Shown here piece by piece: positions 9,941 through 21,533 of a DNA stretch of 64,000 nt; the first letter of the stretch is position 1, and every line of letters starts with the position of its first letter. Location: positions 5,032,845 to 5,096,844 of the forward strand of contig SMSO01000014.1 in assembly GCA_004764695.1 (NCBI GenBank), read 5' to 3'. The translations under genes were made by a program, and so were the position numbers. The stretch comes from Schizochytrium sp. TIO01. Lineage: Eukaryota; Protista; Bigyra: Labyrinthulomycetes. The notes beneath the pieces are model-generated. The model saw only the letters and a program-made list of their open reading frames with translations, was not told the DNA's origin and made no database searches.

Positions 9941-12535
9941 CCCAGGCGCGGGGAGACCATGGTGGCGAGGGGAGGTGTGTGCTGAGTGCCGTGAAATGAC
10001 GATGATGGCGAAAGAAGCAGAGAAGAGCAGAGAAGAGCAGAGAAGAGCAGAGAGCTCGAAGGGGAACGAGTGACGTCGCGAACGATTGATTGGCTGGCGT
10101 GGCCGGCTTGGAGGGAGCGGGTGTGGCAGCGGGCAAAGAATCAGGCACGCAGACAGGCACGAAGCGAGAGAGAGAGAGATCTCTCAATTGAGCTCGTGCA
10201 GATTGACGCTTGGAGCAGGTACCTTTTTTTGCTTTTTGGAGATGACTTGCACACGAAGCAAGCAATTGTGCGCTGCAGGGAGCAACGTTCGCAATACCTT
10301 TGGTCGACGGGCTGCTAACTAGGTGCGGCAGACCGCGGTGACTTCTCGATTGGCGGGCATCGATCGACAATGCATGCTTGACGATGAGGAGTGGGTCGTG
10401 TATCTACCTCTATATCAATCTATCTCTATATCGATCCATCGATCGATCTATTCATCCATCCATCCATCGAGGTCTTCTTCGCTCGTAGGCAAGTCGAAGT
10501 AGTCAGAGGGAGGTCATCTGTGAATGCATGGTGACTGTAAGAGGCGGCTTTCGCAGAACGATGCGCAGCGAATCACAGGCGACGAGCTGCTCCTCCGTTG
10601 ATAGTCACGTCGAGGATATTTGGGAACGAACCTTGACCTTCTACATTCCTTTCAGGCTCATGCACTCTGCAGAATGTAGCTGCAAAGTACGACTTATGTG
10701 ACACCCCCCTCTAGGCGATGGAAGATGGAGGCACCAATCCCGCAACCTTGCCTGGTGTTGCAAAACGTGCTTCTCGAAGGATCCCAACAGCAGCAGCACC
10801 ACCACCACCAGCAGCAGCACCAGCAGAAGCACCAAGCGGCAAGTGGCATTGGCACATTCACAGCATGTATCAGACGAGGCTTCTGAATGGCGAGCCTGGA
10901 CCCGGAAAGTTAAAGCCCCATAAACCATGTCTTCGCCGAGAGCTGTGTTTTGCTTTCGTGAACTTGGGCCATGATCCGTGATCCGTAGCCCCGTGTTCTC
11001 ACAATGTACTACGACTACCACCTCCCGAGTGCTCACTCACTCCTTCACGCGTGGGATCTGCGTTGCAGTCGAGCACCCGAGGCTGAGTGCGCTCTTGTTC
11101 TTCCAGGCGCGGTGCCAGCGTACCATCAGCAGAGCAGACAGTGCGGCCAAACTAAACGAGGCGGCATCCCCTTTGAAAGGGGCTGCTGCACTGACTCGGA
11201 TTGCGCCTACTATTGCAAGAACTTACAGGATAACCAATATAAAGTCCCGACCAATCGTCCTATCCTTTGAAGGTTGCTACCATGATGGTCTCACACCAAG
11301 AAATCCCTATTGCACCTTTTAAAAGGCTCACTCTGCATTCAGCGAATCATATTACTATAGGAAGATTGAAGATCTACTAAAGGGCCAGCAAGAGGAAAGT
11401 TTTTAGTTTTTGGTTTTTAGTTTTTAGTTTTTAGTTTTTGGTTTTTTAATAGGCTAAAGAGAACTACTTTATTTTTATATTGTTTTGTTATTTTTTAGTT
11501 TTTAAGTTTTTCAAAAAAAAAAGAAAAAAATGTTTTTTTTTTGTATCACTTTTATCATCATACTCTAGAGGAGATGATCGTATGATTTAGTTTTTATTTT
11601 TTGTAATCAAAATAACAATAATGGCGTTTGTTTACAAGCTTGACCATCAACCATCGTGTTCATGATCACTCATCATAAAATAAACATGGTATGGAAAGAA
11701 ATCAGGAGGCAGGGTGGCAGGGAAGGCCTGCCTGTATCAAACAGGCGAAAGACCGGCTGCAGCGATGGCGAGCCGGATTGGCAGCCTAATTCCCGTCTGT
11801 GCTTTGCTGCCCAACTTGACTATCGTGTTTTCGCGCAATCAATATAATACTACATTGGCCCATAAAAGATAGGACAAACAAGACTACGTTTGTACGGGAA
11901 AATGTTTATTCTTCTCTTTAAAATTTCAAGTTCTTTAATATGTTTGTATGCCAATACTTTTCTTTTGATGAATTAACAAGGCTATATGTTGCTTACGAGT
12001 GCAGAAAAGACAACAGCGGCCAGAGTTTCAGAAAATATTGAGCTATTTATCAGCATCAAAAATTAGTCCAGAAGCAGATTATTGCCACAAATCACTCCAC
12101 CTGTTCTACTCATTATTTTCGCTCACTGCAAATCCCGTCTTCTTTATTTCCTTCAATAGGTTTTGGTTGGAACAACACGGTTGGACATACTGCACACTGC
12201 TTGCTATATGAGACTTTCATACAAAGTTAACAGTCACGAACATGTGAGATTTCCCACAAATGTTTGATGTCCAACCACACACACCTACACCGCATTTTTA
12301 GCAGCTTTACAGCCCTTGCTACATAGGAAAAGGAAACGAAATAAAATCTCACAAGACGTCCGCGCTACTTGCAAGTAGTGTAATTTGATCAGCTTTCCCT
12401 TGAGGTTTTCCGTGTTGCGAAGCCAACTCACTAAGTGCGTGCATGTGTGCTTGCGAGCATGTAGTGAAGTCTGATCGTCGCTTAAGGCAAAGCAAAATGA
12501 AAGTTGAACTTGGTGGTTGCGCACGCAATATATAT

Positions 12536-14569
12536 TTATGCAGGGAGGTTTTGAATAAGAAGTGCCTCTCGAAGGATACCATTAATCACGCCAGCAACCA
12601 CGTTTTTGTTTGAGGGAATATTAAGAATGCGCCTGTTCCCGGAGCCATCGGAGCTCCCGTCGCTGTCAGAGTTGAAAGTATCAAAACCTTCATTGCTATC
12701 ACCCTCGCCAGCGGGACCACCACCACTATCGTACTCACCACCGCCACCGCCCCCGCCACTACTGCTGCTACCAACAGCTTCTCCCTCGCCATTTTCATCG
12801 AACGAAGCCGAGGGTGATGAATCTTGATCATTGTTGCTGCTACTTGAGCTGGAGCCAGAAGGAGAACCAGAACTCTTCGACGGAGAAGTGTCTGACAGAG
12901 ATACTCGGGGGTCCACAATCGTCTCTTGGAAGTTGAAAAGAGGTGCAGCTTCACGAAGAGACTTGCGAATCTGCATTTTATTTTGAGGATCTAAGGTCAT
13001 CGCCTCAAGTGTGTGGATTTCCGACAACCTATCAGAGAAGCATGAAACTCCAGCTGTAAGATACGAGATTGCTTTCCAGTCAAGCTGAAGCCTGAAGGGT
13101 AGCGGGATATCATCAAAAAGTAAAATTGGCACACAACCAGCTCGAATTGCGTCATACAAAGTGGCGATACCCTCAATAAACGGATGGTCATTGCCACGGC
13201 GCATCACAAAGCAGTTCTCCGAGTGTTCCATGTTAAAGGCGTGCTGCTTTCTTGCGTCTATAAGACCACTAGGATGGTTGCGTCCCGAGATACGAGCCCT
13301 AGACTCAGTCAACTGGAACCCTATTGTTTTTAGAGACTTGATGGTGCTCGAATCCGGAAAGACCTCTTCAAAGAAGAATTGCGTACTGCGATCCATAATC
13401 TCGTCCTTTGATACATCAAACTTGATATAAGGGTTTGGCAAGAGAGGAACTGTAATGGCTTTATTTAAAACCGCCTGGCTGACTGAGCTCGACTTCCGTG
13501 CTTTTTTGCGCAGCTGCTTCTTAAATTGTTTGGGCATGAAAATCTCAGAGCTCATCAAGAAGTAAACATTTCCAAGCACAAGCTGCTGGAAAAGTTCGGG
13601 AGGCATGGAGTCTCGGCAACCTACCTCACCGTAAGGCCGAGAGTGAATGACCATGAAACGCCCACGGAGACTTTTGTCTGCCCACATGGGAAATTTATTC
13701 AGTGCATCCATCGCAGAGATCATGCGGTCTGTATGTGTCAGTTGTGCATCAGTAAGGAATGGGCAGTAATCTTGAAGCAAGCTTGAGTCGGGAAGCTCAT
13801 ACGAAACGTATGGCAGCAAACTAGGAATGATAAAATCTGCATCCTCCACTTTCGTGACACGATTTGGGTGTCGCTTGAGCCCGTCCAAGAGTGCAATATC
13901 TGTCAATGCGTATCGGAAGTTCTGGTTCTCGTGCACATTGGTGTTCATTAGGAGACTCTTCAAATCAAGTTCATTGCCCTCTTCAGGCAAAGGGACTTCC
14001 AAAACTGAGAAAAGACACTGAACAATCAGATTGGCATCTATTGCAGAACCCTCCTCATAGATATAAAACCTTCCATTGGGAATACTTGAGAACGGCTCCT
14101 TTACGAAATGATCCGCCTTGGTGGCCCACGTCGGAAGGTATGGATCTTCTTTAGAATGAATACAAATCGGTACTGGAGACATTGTGGGCGCAAGCATCGA
14201 ATCCTCGTCCTGTGTCGAGCCCTCGCCCGAAGATGGCGACCAATTCTTTTGGAAATCTAGATTTGAATCACTTGATCCAGAGGCTTCCCCTGCTTGGAAT
14301 TCAGTTTGCTGATCGTAGGCATCTAACGAGGGTGTGCTGACGGTCACAATCGTCGGTGCAAAATATTCTAGCAATTGAACACATACAAAACCAGCCAAAA
14401 CTCCAGCAGCGCAAAGCTTCAAGAATTCGAACATCGTCATACCTCCGCCACGCGTGCTGGTGCTTTGATTTCCCGATGTTGAGGACGTCGTACCCGCATT
14501 GCGAAGTGACCTGGCTTGCTCAATATCCTGATTGTAATCATCGCGATGCAATCTTCGGGTGCTTGACAT
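12536..14569 (-). CDS. Exostosin-family (GT47) glycosyltransferase, type II membrane protein
   Basis: N-terminal TM anchor (LCAAGVLAGFVCVQLL); motifs FYIYE, HPNRVTKVEDADFIIP, MEHSENCFVMRRG, LYDAIRAGCVPILLFDDIPLPF and LDWKAIS. Confidence 0.85.
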   Translation of the reverse strand: MSSTRRLHRDDYNQDIEQARSLRNAGTTSSTSGNQSTSTRGGGMTMFEFLKLCAAGVLAGFVCVQLLEYFAPTIVTVSTPSLDAYDQQTEFQAGEASGSSDSNLDFQKNWSPSSGEGSTQDEDSMLAPTMSPVPICIHSKEDPYLPTWATKADHFVKEPFSSIPNGRFYIYEEGSAIDANLIVQCLFSVLEVPLPEEGNELDLKSLLMNTNVHENQNFRYALTDIALLDGLKRHPNRVTKVEDADFIIPSLLPYVSYELPDSSLLQDYCPFLTDAQLTHTDRMISAMDALNKFPMWADKSLRGRFMVIHSRPYGEVGCRDSMPPELFQQLVLGNVYFLMSSEIFMPKQFKKQLRKKARKSSSVSQAVLNKAITVPLLPNPYIKFDVSKDEIMDRSTQFFFEEVFPDSSTIKSLKTIGFQLTESRARISGRNHPSGLIDARKQHAFNMEHSENCFVMRRGNDHPFIEGIATLYDAIRAGCVPILLFDDIPLPFRLQLDWKAISYLTAGVSCFSDRLSEIHTLEAMTLDPQNKMQIRKSLREAAPLFNFQETIVDPRVSLSDTSPSKSSGSPSGSSSSSSNNDQDSSPSASFDENGEGEAVGSSSSGGGGGGGEYDSGGGPAGEGDSNEGFDTFNSDSDGSSDGSGNRRILNIPSNKNVVAGVINGILREALLIQNLPA

Positions 14570-15761
14570 TTTGATGCTGTCAGTTTATTAGTCCTCTTCA
14601 AGTGCAGTAGAGCGAATGGACAAAATTTAAGGTAAACTCGAGGCACGTCGTTTTTATATTATCAAGACTGTTTTTCCTTCTTCTCCTGCTCCGGCAGACC
14701 ACGCGATCGCTGATGTCCCAAAAGCCGTCACCAACCTCACTAATAATGTTTCTCACAAGGCAGGTACTGCTGCCTTAGCAAAAGGGTCGTTTGCAGGTCG
14801 AGAATTGCAATTATGAGCGCGCTGGAATGCGTAATTCAATCCTGCCAATGCAAAACAACCTGGCGTCAGCCCGCTCTATCGCAGGAAACACAGCGAAGAG
14901 CCCGTGCGTGAGGCAGTGATCCAAGCGTTTAAGAGAAGCCTCAGTACCCGTATGGTGAGAATGAGCGATAAAGCACAGTTTTAAGCGCGAGCTACAGCGG
15001 AACGCTTCGAGGATAGGTGGCTGAGATGAGAGAAAGACCGCAGATTTCAAATGAAGTGATTGAAGTGCTCACTCGCTGCGAGCGTACCGTGTTCCCTAGC
15101 GCTATGAAAGAAGGCTATCGCAGCGACAAGAAGTCCGACCAGAGGCCCAAGCCCACCAGGCTCGTTACCTACCCCGTATCACGCCCGAGGCACGGCGCGT
15201 TCGAGGTTTCCCGCGAGCCGACGCCGGTGAAGACAGTTTGAAAGAAAGATCAAACGATCTTTCAAGCAAGCGGACAACCTCCAAATAAGACCCAACTCCT
15301 CCCCAAAGACCAAGCAACAAGCCAAATTATGGCACGAGATCAACTCCGGGAACCCAGTAGGAGCAGGTCTCGGACCCTTGATTTCCAGTCCTGCCTTGGG
15401 CACCTGAGGTGTCTTCGAACCTTCGCGTGGATTGTTGTGCAATCGCTCGTGAGAGGGAGAGAGAGAAAAGCAGCACTGGTCACTTTAAACAACATGCAAA
15501 CACCCAAAGTACCATTGGTAGGCACACTATTACTTTCATGACTCATATAATAATAACAGCAACAGGCAGCAATCAATGCCAAGAGTCAAAATCGCATTAA
15601 ACCCTTCGAAGGATTCGGCACCCGACCAGTGCAACGGAATTGCAGATCCTCGCCCTCCCGGCTTCCCACCGCAGGCCCTTTCGCGAGGATTTGCACCCAG
15701 CCAGCCGAGCCTCAACACGAGCGGGTGAGCGATTTCGTTGCTTGTGCTCCAAGTTCTTATT

Positions 15762-15825
15762 TATTCATTCATTCATTCATTCATTCATTCATTCATTCAT
15801 TCATTCATTCATTCATTCATTCATT
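15762..15825. repeat. (ATTC)n microsatellite
   Basis: Seen directly in the sequence. Confidence 0.95.
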
Positions 15826-16140
15826 CGAGTTGAGTGCCTCCTACTAGGACTCCTAGCCCTGCCTACCTCTCCTGTAGTACCTGCTTTCTAAATGACGATC
15901 CCTTTAAGACCTGACTCGCTCCCTACCCGCGCCTAATAAACCCTTACCAGTACTCACAGCCACCATAAAAGGTAGCAGTGGCGGCTCCTAGAGCTATAGG
16001 TAGAAGGGCCGTAAGATGCGGCGGAGTAGAAAGAAAACCCCAGTCAGCGTAAACTATAGCAGTGGCAATAAGACCCCTCTCTTTCTTTGTTTGTTGGTTT
16101 GTTTATTCGATCAATGAGCGAATAATTGAATAATTGAGTC

Positions 16141-16207
16141 AATGAATGAATGAGTAAATGAATGAATGAATGAATGAATGAATGAATGAATGAATGAGTG
16201 AATGAAT
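16141..16207. repeat. (GAAT)n microsatellite, the reverse complement of the 15762-15825 array
   Basis: Seen directly in the sequence. Confidence 0.95.
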
Positions 16208-16565
16208 GGATACTGCTGTGGCGATCTGGCTGTTTCCTGGAGCGGGAGGCAGCAAAGAAGAGAGTGCCAGCGAAGAAGAGCCCGCTGCTTCGAGGCTGGA
16301 GCTGCGGCGACCGTGTCCGCAGAGAGGTTTTCTTTCTCTTGTGGATGAAGCCACGAGAAACCCCTCTTCTGTATCCTCCTCATCAAATGCCGGCTTTATC
16401 TATCTCTGTCTGTTTTCTATCTTTTTCATTCATTGTACCTTTTTGGAATTCATATCATCACAGAGACTGAGGGCACTAGGAAACGCTAAGAGACTGCTAT
16501 CAAGAGCTTTCTTTACATAACTGAAGCAGAGGCCTAGCGAGCGGCTATGTGGGTTCTAGCGAGCG

Positions 16566-16603
<38 letters not shown>

Positions 16604-17465
16604 TCTTTGTTTTTGTTTTGTTTATTTATTTATTTGTTTGTTTATTTGTTTGTTTTTGTTTTGTTTGTTTTTTGTTTATTTGTTTTGTTTGTTTGTTCTG
16701 TTTGGATATTGGGCTTGGCATTATCTAACTCGTAGAAGGAGTAGAAATGCAGATATTTATTGCTTACATACACTATAAGAAAGAAAGAAAAAGAAGAAAA
16801 GAAAGATATGATGATAGTTTGGATTTGGTGTTTGGAGGTCTCTTGCTAGGTAGGTATTAACACAACGTCAGGCCTCGTGGGGCTACTGACGCGAGCACTG
16901 GCCTCGAAACCTAGTCGGGTAGAGGGTTGGTTCCCTTGCAGGAGTGGCGCGCTAGTGCGCAGTTCTACTTCAATATCTTCAGGCTTCGTTCGTTACTTTT
17001 AGCTACCAGGTATCTCTATCTATCTCTCTATCTACTGAGCTGTAGGTTTAGAGCGAGGCAAAAGAAAGCCGAAGAAGTCTTGCTTGCTTGCTTGCTTGCT
17101 TGCTTTGCAGGAATTCGAGGACAGGGACGAGGGCAAAGGCTCATTATTGATCAGCAAAGGCGCCTTCGTAGTTGTGTCGTGTAGCTCAATTCACAAGATT
17201 GTGTGGTGCAAAGTTCTGAGGGTTTGACTCATCTGCAACGAAGCTCGCTCGTCGAAGTAGCGGAAAGCAAGCAAGGCTGTAACTCGTGTGACGCCTTACG
17301 GTTGCTCTGGAGTCTTTAGGGGCACTGTCCTGGTGGCGAGCTGGAAAAGGAATCCCAGCCTATCATACATCTTCTAGAAATTACGCATAAAACCTCTGTG
17401 ACAGGCTCAGATTAGTCAGAAGTAGTCTTAGTTCGCTGCTTTGATCAATTGCGAGAGTGGACAAA

Positions 17466-19343
17466 ATGTCGAGCCCAAGCCCGAAGAATGCTGACAGGTC
17501 GCACTGGGTTAAGGACGAGTTTGTTCTTAGTTGCGATGCCTGCGACACCAAGTTCACCATGTCGATTCGAAAGCACCACTGCAGAAAATGCGGATCTGTG
17601 TTTTGTGCTCGCTGTGCATCAAAATACGCGCCCCTCCCAGAACTTGGTTACCCAAAGAACTCACCACAGCGTGTCTGTGAAAGCTGCTATACCAAGGTAA
17701 CAAGCGGTGAGTCGGGTGCCACGAGTACTAATGTGGACCACTGTGACGCCACTGTTGAAGGCCTCAAGCGCCTGTACCGCGCAGGCATTAAGCCGCTCGA
17801 AGTGCAGTTCAAGTTCGGAGAGTTCTACTCGCCAGTCATGACGGATGCTGACTTCGATGCGAAACCTATGGTTCTGCTGATCGGCCAGTACTCCGTGGGT
17901 AAAACATCTTTCATCCGCTTCTTGGTAGGCCGCGACTTTCCCGGCCAGCGAATTGGACCAGAGCCCACAACTGATCGGTTTACTATTGTTGCGGGAACCG
18001 ATGATCCTACCGCAAGCGACAGCGTAATTCCTGGAAATGCCCTTGCCGTTCAGTCTGACAGGCCTTTTCGATCTCTCCAACGGTTTGGTGCTGCATTTCT
18101 CGATAAACTCGAGTGTGCTCAAACAAGTACCTGCGCTGAGGGCGGTAAGGCTGATATTCTCAACCTCATCACGTTTGTAGATACCCCTGGTGTATTGGCT
18201 GGCGAGAAGCAACGCATCGGACGCTCTTACGACTATACTGGTGTTGTGGAATGGTTTGCAGGCCGATGTGACCGCATTCTGCTTCTTTTTGATGCGCACA
18301 AGCTTGACATTAGCGACGAATTCCAAACCGCTATTGCTGCACTTCGAGGACATGACGAGAAGATTCGCGTTGTCCTTAACAAAGCAGACTCCATCGACGC
18401 GCAGCAGCTCATGCGGGTGCACGGCGCACTCATGTGGTCATTGGGCAAAATTATTCGTACCCCCGAGGTCGTGCGCGTTTACGTGGGCAGCTTTTGGGAC
18501 AGCCCTGTGCAAAACCGCCTATTCGAGGACCTCTTCCGCAAGGAAAGTAAAGACCTCATTGACGATCTAAGGTCCTTGCCTGGCTCTGCCGTAACCCGAA
18601 AGGTTAACGAGGTAGTAAAGCGTGCTCGTGCGGCCAAAACCCACGCTCTTATTGTAGATCACCTTCGAAACAAACTTCCTTTCTTTGGCAAAGAAAAGGC
18701 TTTGAACAACATGCTTGACAACCTTGAAGCGGAGTATGAAGAAGTTCATCGCAAATATGGTGTTCCCTTGGGCGATTTCCCACGCCCCGAGACATTTCGC
18801 CGAGCGCTAAAGACCCATACGGACAACGACTTGTCTCAATTCCCGCCCCTCAACCAACGTATGATTGTGGAACTTAATGAAATTCTCTCGTCGCAGCTTC
18901 CTCGCCTCCATGCCCGCCATACAGCCGAGGCAGGCCGAAAGCGGGCTGCTGGTTTGAAAAAGGTCAATGGTGAGGATAACCCGTTTGGTTATGAGAGGGG
19001 TCATGAGAACAGCTCCAATACTGGTCAGTGGGCTATTGACCCTGAATCTTTGGCTGTTTACGCTGGTGAATTCGATGCGCTTGGACCTGTTGCCGATGTG
19101 GACGGTAAGCGCAAAATCCCAGGGGCTCAAGTTCGCGATGTATTGTTGGCCTCTGGAGTTCCCAAATCGAGCCTCCGCCAAATTTGGGAGCTCAGCGATC
19201 TTGATCAAGATGGCTCTCTCACCCTAGATGAATTTGCGATCGCCAAGCACCTGATCGAGACTATTGCTCTCAAAGGAGAGCCTCTTCCTGAGAAGCTTCC
19301 GGCTTCTTGGATTCCTCCTGCCCCAGCACGCAGAGGTGCCTAA
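17466..19343 (+). CDS. EH-domain-containing (EHD/RME-1-like) dynamin-related ATPase with N-terminal FYVE zinc finger
   Basis: FYVE: WVKD..CDAC..RKHHCRKCG..FCARC..RVCESC. G-domain: GQYSVGKT, IGPEPTTDRF, DTPG, NKAD. NPF motif present. EH domain: LRQIWELSDLDQDGSLTLDEFAIAKHLI. First ATG is at 17466. Confidence 0.93.
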   Translation: MSSPSPKNADRSHWVKDEFVLSCDACDTKFTMSIRKHHCRKCGSVFCARCASKYAPLPELGYPKNSPQRVCESCYTKVTSGESGATSTNVDHCDATVEGLKRLYRAGIKPLEVQFKFGEFYSPVMTDADFDAKPMVLLIGQYSVGKTSFIRFLVGRDFPGQRIGPEPTTDRFTIVAGTDDPTASDSVIPGNALAVQSDRPFRSLQRFGAAFLDKLECAQTSTCAEGGKADILNLITFVDTPGVLAGEKQRIGRSYDYTGVVEWFAGRCDRILLLFDAHKLDISDEFQTAIAALRGHDEKIRVVLNKADSIDAQQLMRVHGALMWSLGKIIRTPEVVRVYVGSFWDSPVQNRLFEDLFRKESKDLIDDLRSLPGSAVTRKVNEVVKRARAAKTHALIVDHLRNKLPFFGKEKALNNMLDNLEAEYEEVHRKYGVPLGDFPRPETFRRALKTHTDNDLSQFPPLNQRMIVELNEILSSQLPRLHARHTAEAGRKRAAGLKKVNGEDNPFGYERGHENSSNTGQWAIDPESLAVYAGEFDALGPVADVDGKRKIPGAQVRDVLLASGVPKSSLRQIWELSDLDQDGSLTLDEFAIAKHLIETIALKGEPLPEKLPASWIPPAPARRGA

Positions 19344-19997
19344 TTTGTACCACTCTTTACACAACTTCACGCATTCCTCCCATGTTTGCTCTTCATCTAA
19401 GCTGGGACACAGGAATTCTACTATTAGAACAGATTTATTTCACGTGTAGCCTTTCTTCTTTTCATTTTTCAAATTCTTTCCTTGTAACGCGCATATTTTC
19501 TTCATGTTGTCAGGCTGAAGAGCACTACATTTAATTCCTGTTGAGGCTTATTGTCATCCAAGCTGGCTTCACAATATCTTAGTTTTCAACTTCAAGTATT
19601 GAAATAGGTTTTCTCCCTCTCTGAACAACCTTATTATTGTGTTATAAGAGTTGAGGATAAAAGAAACTAATCTGAAAAATTCAAGAGCCTGCCTGGAGCT
19701 GTTCATGTGTTGTCCAATTTGAGTCTGTAAGATCATTCTTGTAGACTAGCTTCCGCGTGCTGTTCTTCATTTGTGTGATTTCATCAATACTATACGGAAT
19801 GGAAGCTATACAAAATGACTCATAAGATTGTCTATGAACAGGATGTCAGAAGAATAAGCAAGAAAACCTCGCCATGATCTCGATTACCTACTTGCTAATC
19901 ATACACTACAAAAGCTTTTGAGGCGAAATAATCTTTGAGGGGAGGGGTGATCACGATTATATTGGCGAATGCAGACAAAGATTTGACTTTTCCTCAT

Positions 19998-20864
19998 CTA
20001 CTGCCGCTTTCTTGAGTCAGACTTATCTGTTGAGATACTTTCTCCTTTACTGCCTTGCTCTTTCTCATCATCGATGCCTGCATCCTTGAGTGCTTTGCTG
20101 CTTACATCAGAGAGGATTTTTACAACAGCAAGGCCGGCGACAAGCCCGAGCGCCATCACACCCTTTTGCAAAGGCGTGGTACCTTTATCAAGAGCAGTTT
20201 TGCCCATCGCACCGACATTGCAATACGCTGTTGTACCAGGAAGCACCCCCAGCCATGTACCAACAACAAATTTCCACAGCTTCATTTGGGTGATTCCACA
20301 AAGATAGTTATTCATACCAAAAGGAATTAGAGGAGAAAGGCGCAAAAGCAAGGTGATTTTAAGACCTTCATTGCTGACAGCTCGGTCAATCGCATCAAAC
20401 TTCTTGCCATACTTACGCTCCAGAAAGCCTCGTACATAGGGGCCTAGAAAAACAGCCACGAGTCATTATAAATCATGTCAGACAAAAATTACATTCATCA
20501 CACCTAAACCAGATCTACAAGTATAACTTACCAACAACGTAACGCGACATAGAGAAGGCAGCACCTGCAGCAAGTGCCTGAGTAAAGCGATGAGAAGAGC
20601 TGCATAGAATGTGCCGTAGACATAGCCCGTTGTCATGTGGAAGCCCCAGAGCGGAAGCATGAAAACTGTGGAGATTACGTAGATTACGAAGAGCAGTAAA
20701 GGACCTTTCACAGGGCCAAGCTCCCCGAGCACATCCTCCAAGTTGTCCATATAGCTCTTGCCAAGCTCTACAAGCTCCTCTACAGTCATACCGCTTTGGA
20801 CAAAGGCGGCACCGCCAACACAAGCCGCGGCAACAGCTCCAAGAATAGCTACCTTGAGACTCAT
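19998..20864 (-). CDS. TVP38/TMEM64 (SNARE-associated Golgi protein, DedA superfamily); two exons plus an apparent 1-nt frameshift
   Basis: Motif LLLRLSPLIPFGMNNYLCG..F..GT..G..PGT. A GT-AG intron at 20444-20531 joins ..SRYVVG|PYVRG.. in phase. The frame break at 20584-20586 is repaired by one extra T on the coding strand. Confidence 0.85.
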
Positions 20865-21533
20865 TTTCACAGTTGCAGATGTACCCTCAACGAAGACTTT
20901 CCTTAGGTTCAATGTATGCACTCGATACCAAACAAGCGTCTCTGAGCGTTTCTAATTACTACACAGATCTCACTGCTAATTGGGTGGTTTATCGTTTCGT
21001 TGTTGCGCTTCTTCTGTTCGACGAACTAAACCGAAGTAGACAAGAAAATAGAATCCACCTCGCGCCGCTAATCAGACCAGTAACTTCTGCCAAAGATACA
21101 ATCACGTTTTACACCTATCGAGAGACTTTTATGAATTAAAATCACAGGCTAAACCTGAACCAGCATAAAGCTCTGAAGCAGCGGGCGTGCCACCTCGACA
21201 GCTTGGAGAATGATCTTGGTCCCCAAGATTACCTACCTAAGTAGGTACAGTCTTTCCATGCAAAGCCTTGGTGAAGTGGAGACTCGCATTCTTCACATGC
21301 CCCCCCACATCTCATCGCTTTCTCTATAATACTCGCCAGGTACTTTCCACATTAGGGTTACAGTGCACCTTTAGGAAAATGAAAGTTATACCCCCCCGTA
21401 GATTCTGTTTAACCTGGGAAAGGGGAGTATATTGGAATAGTATGCGAATGGGGTGTGCGCTACTTGCCTCCGCGCTTGTCCCATTTTGAGGAGGCATGGC
21501 AGCGTTCTTGAGACTTCAATCACAACTTACTGA

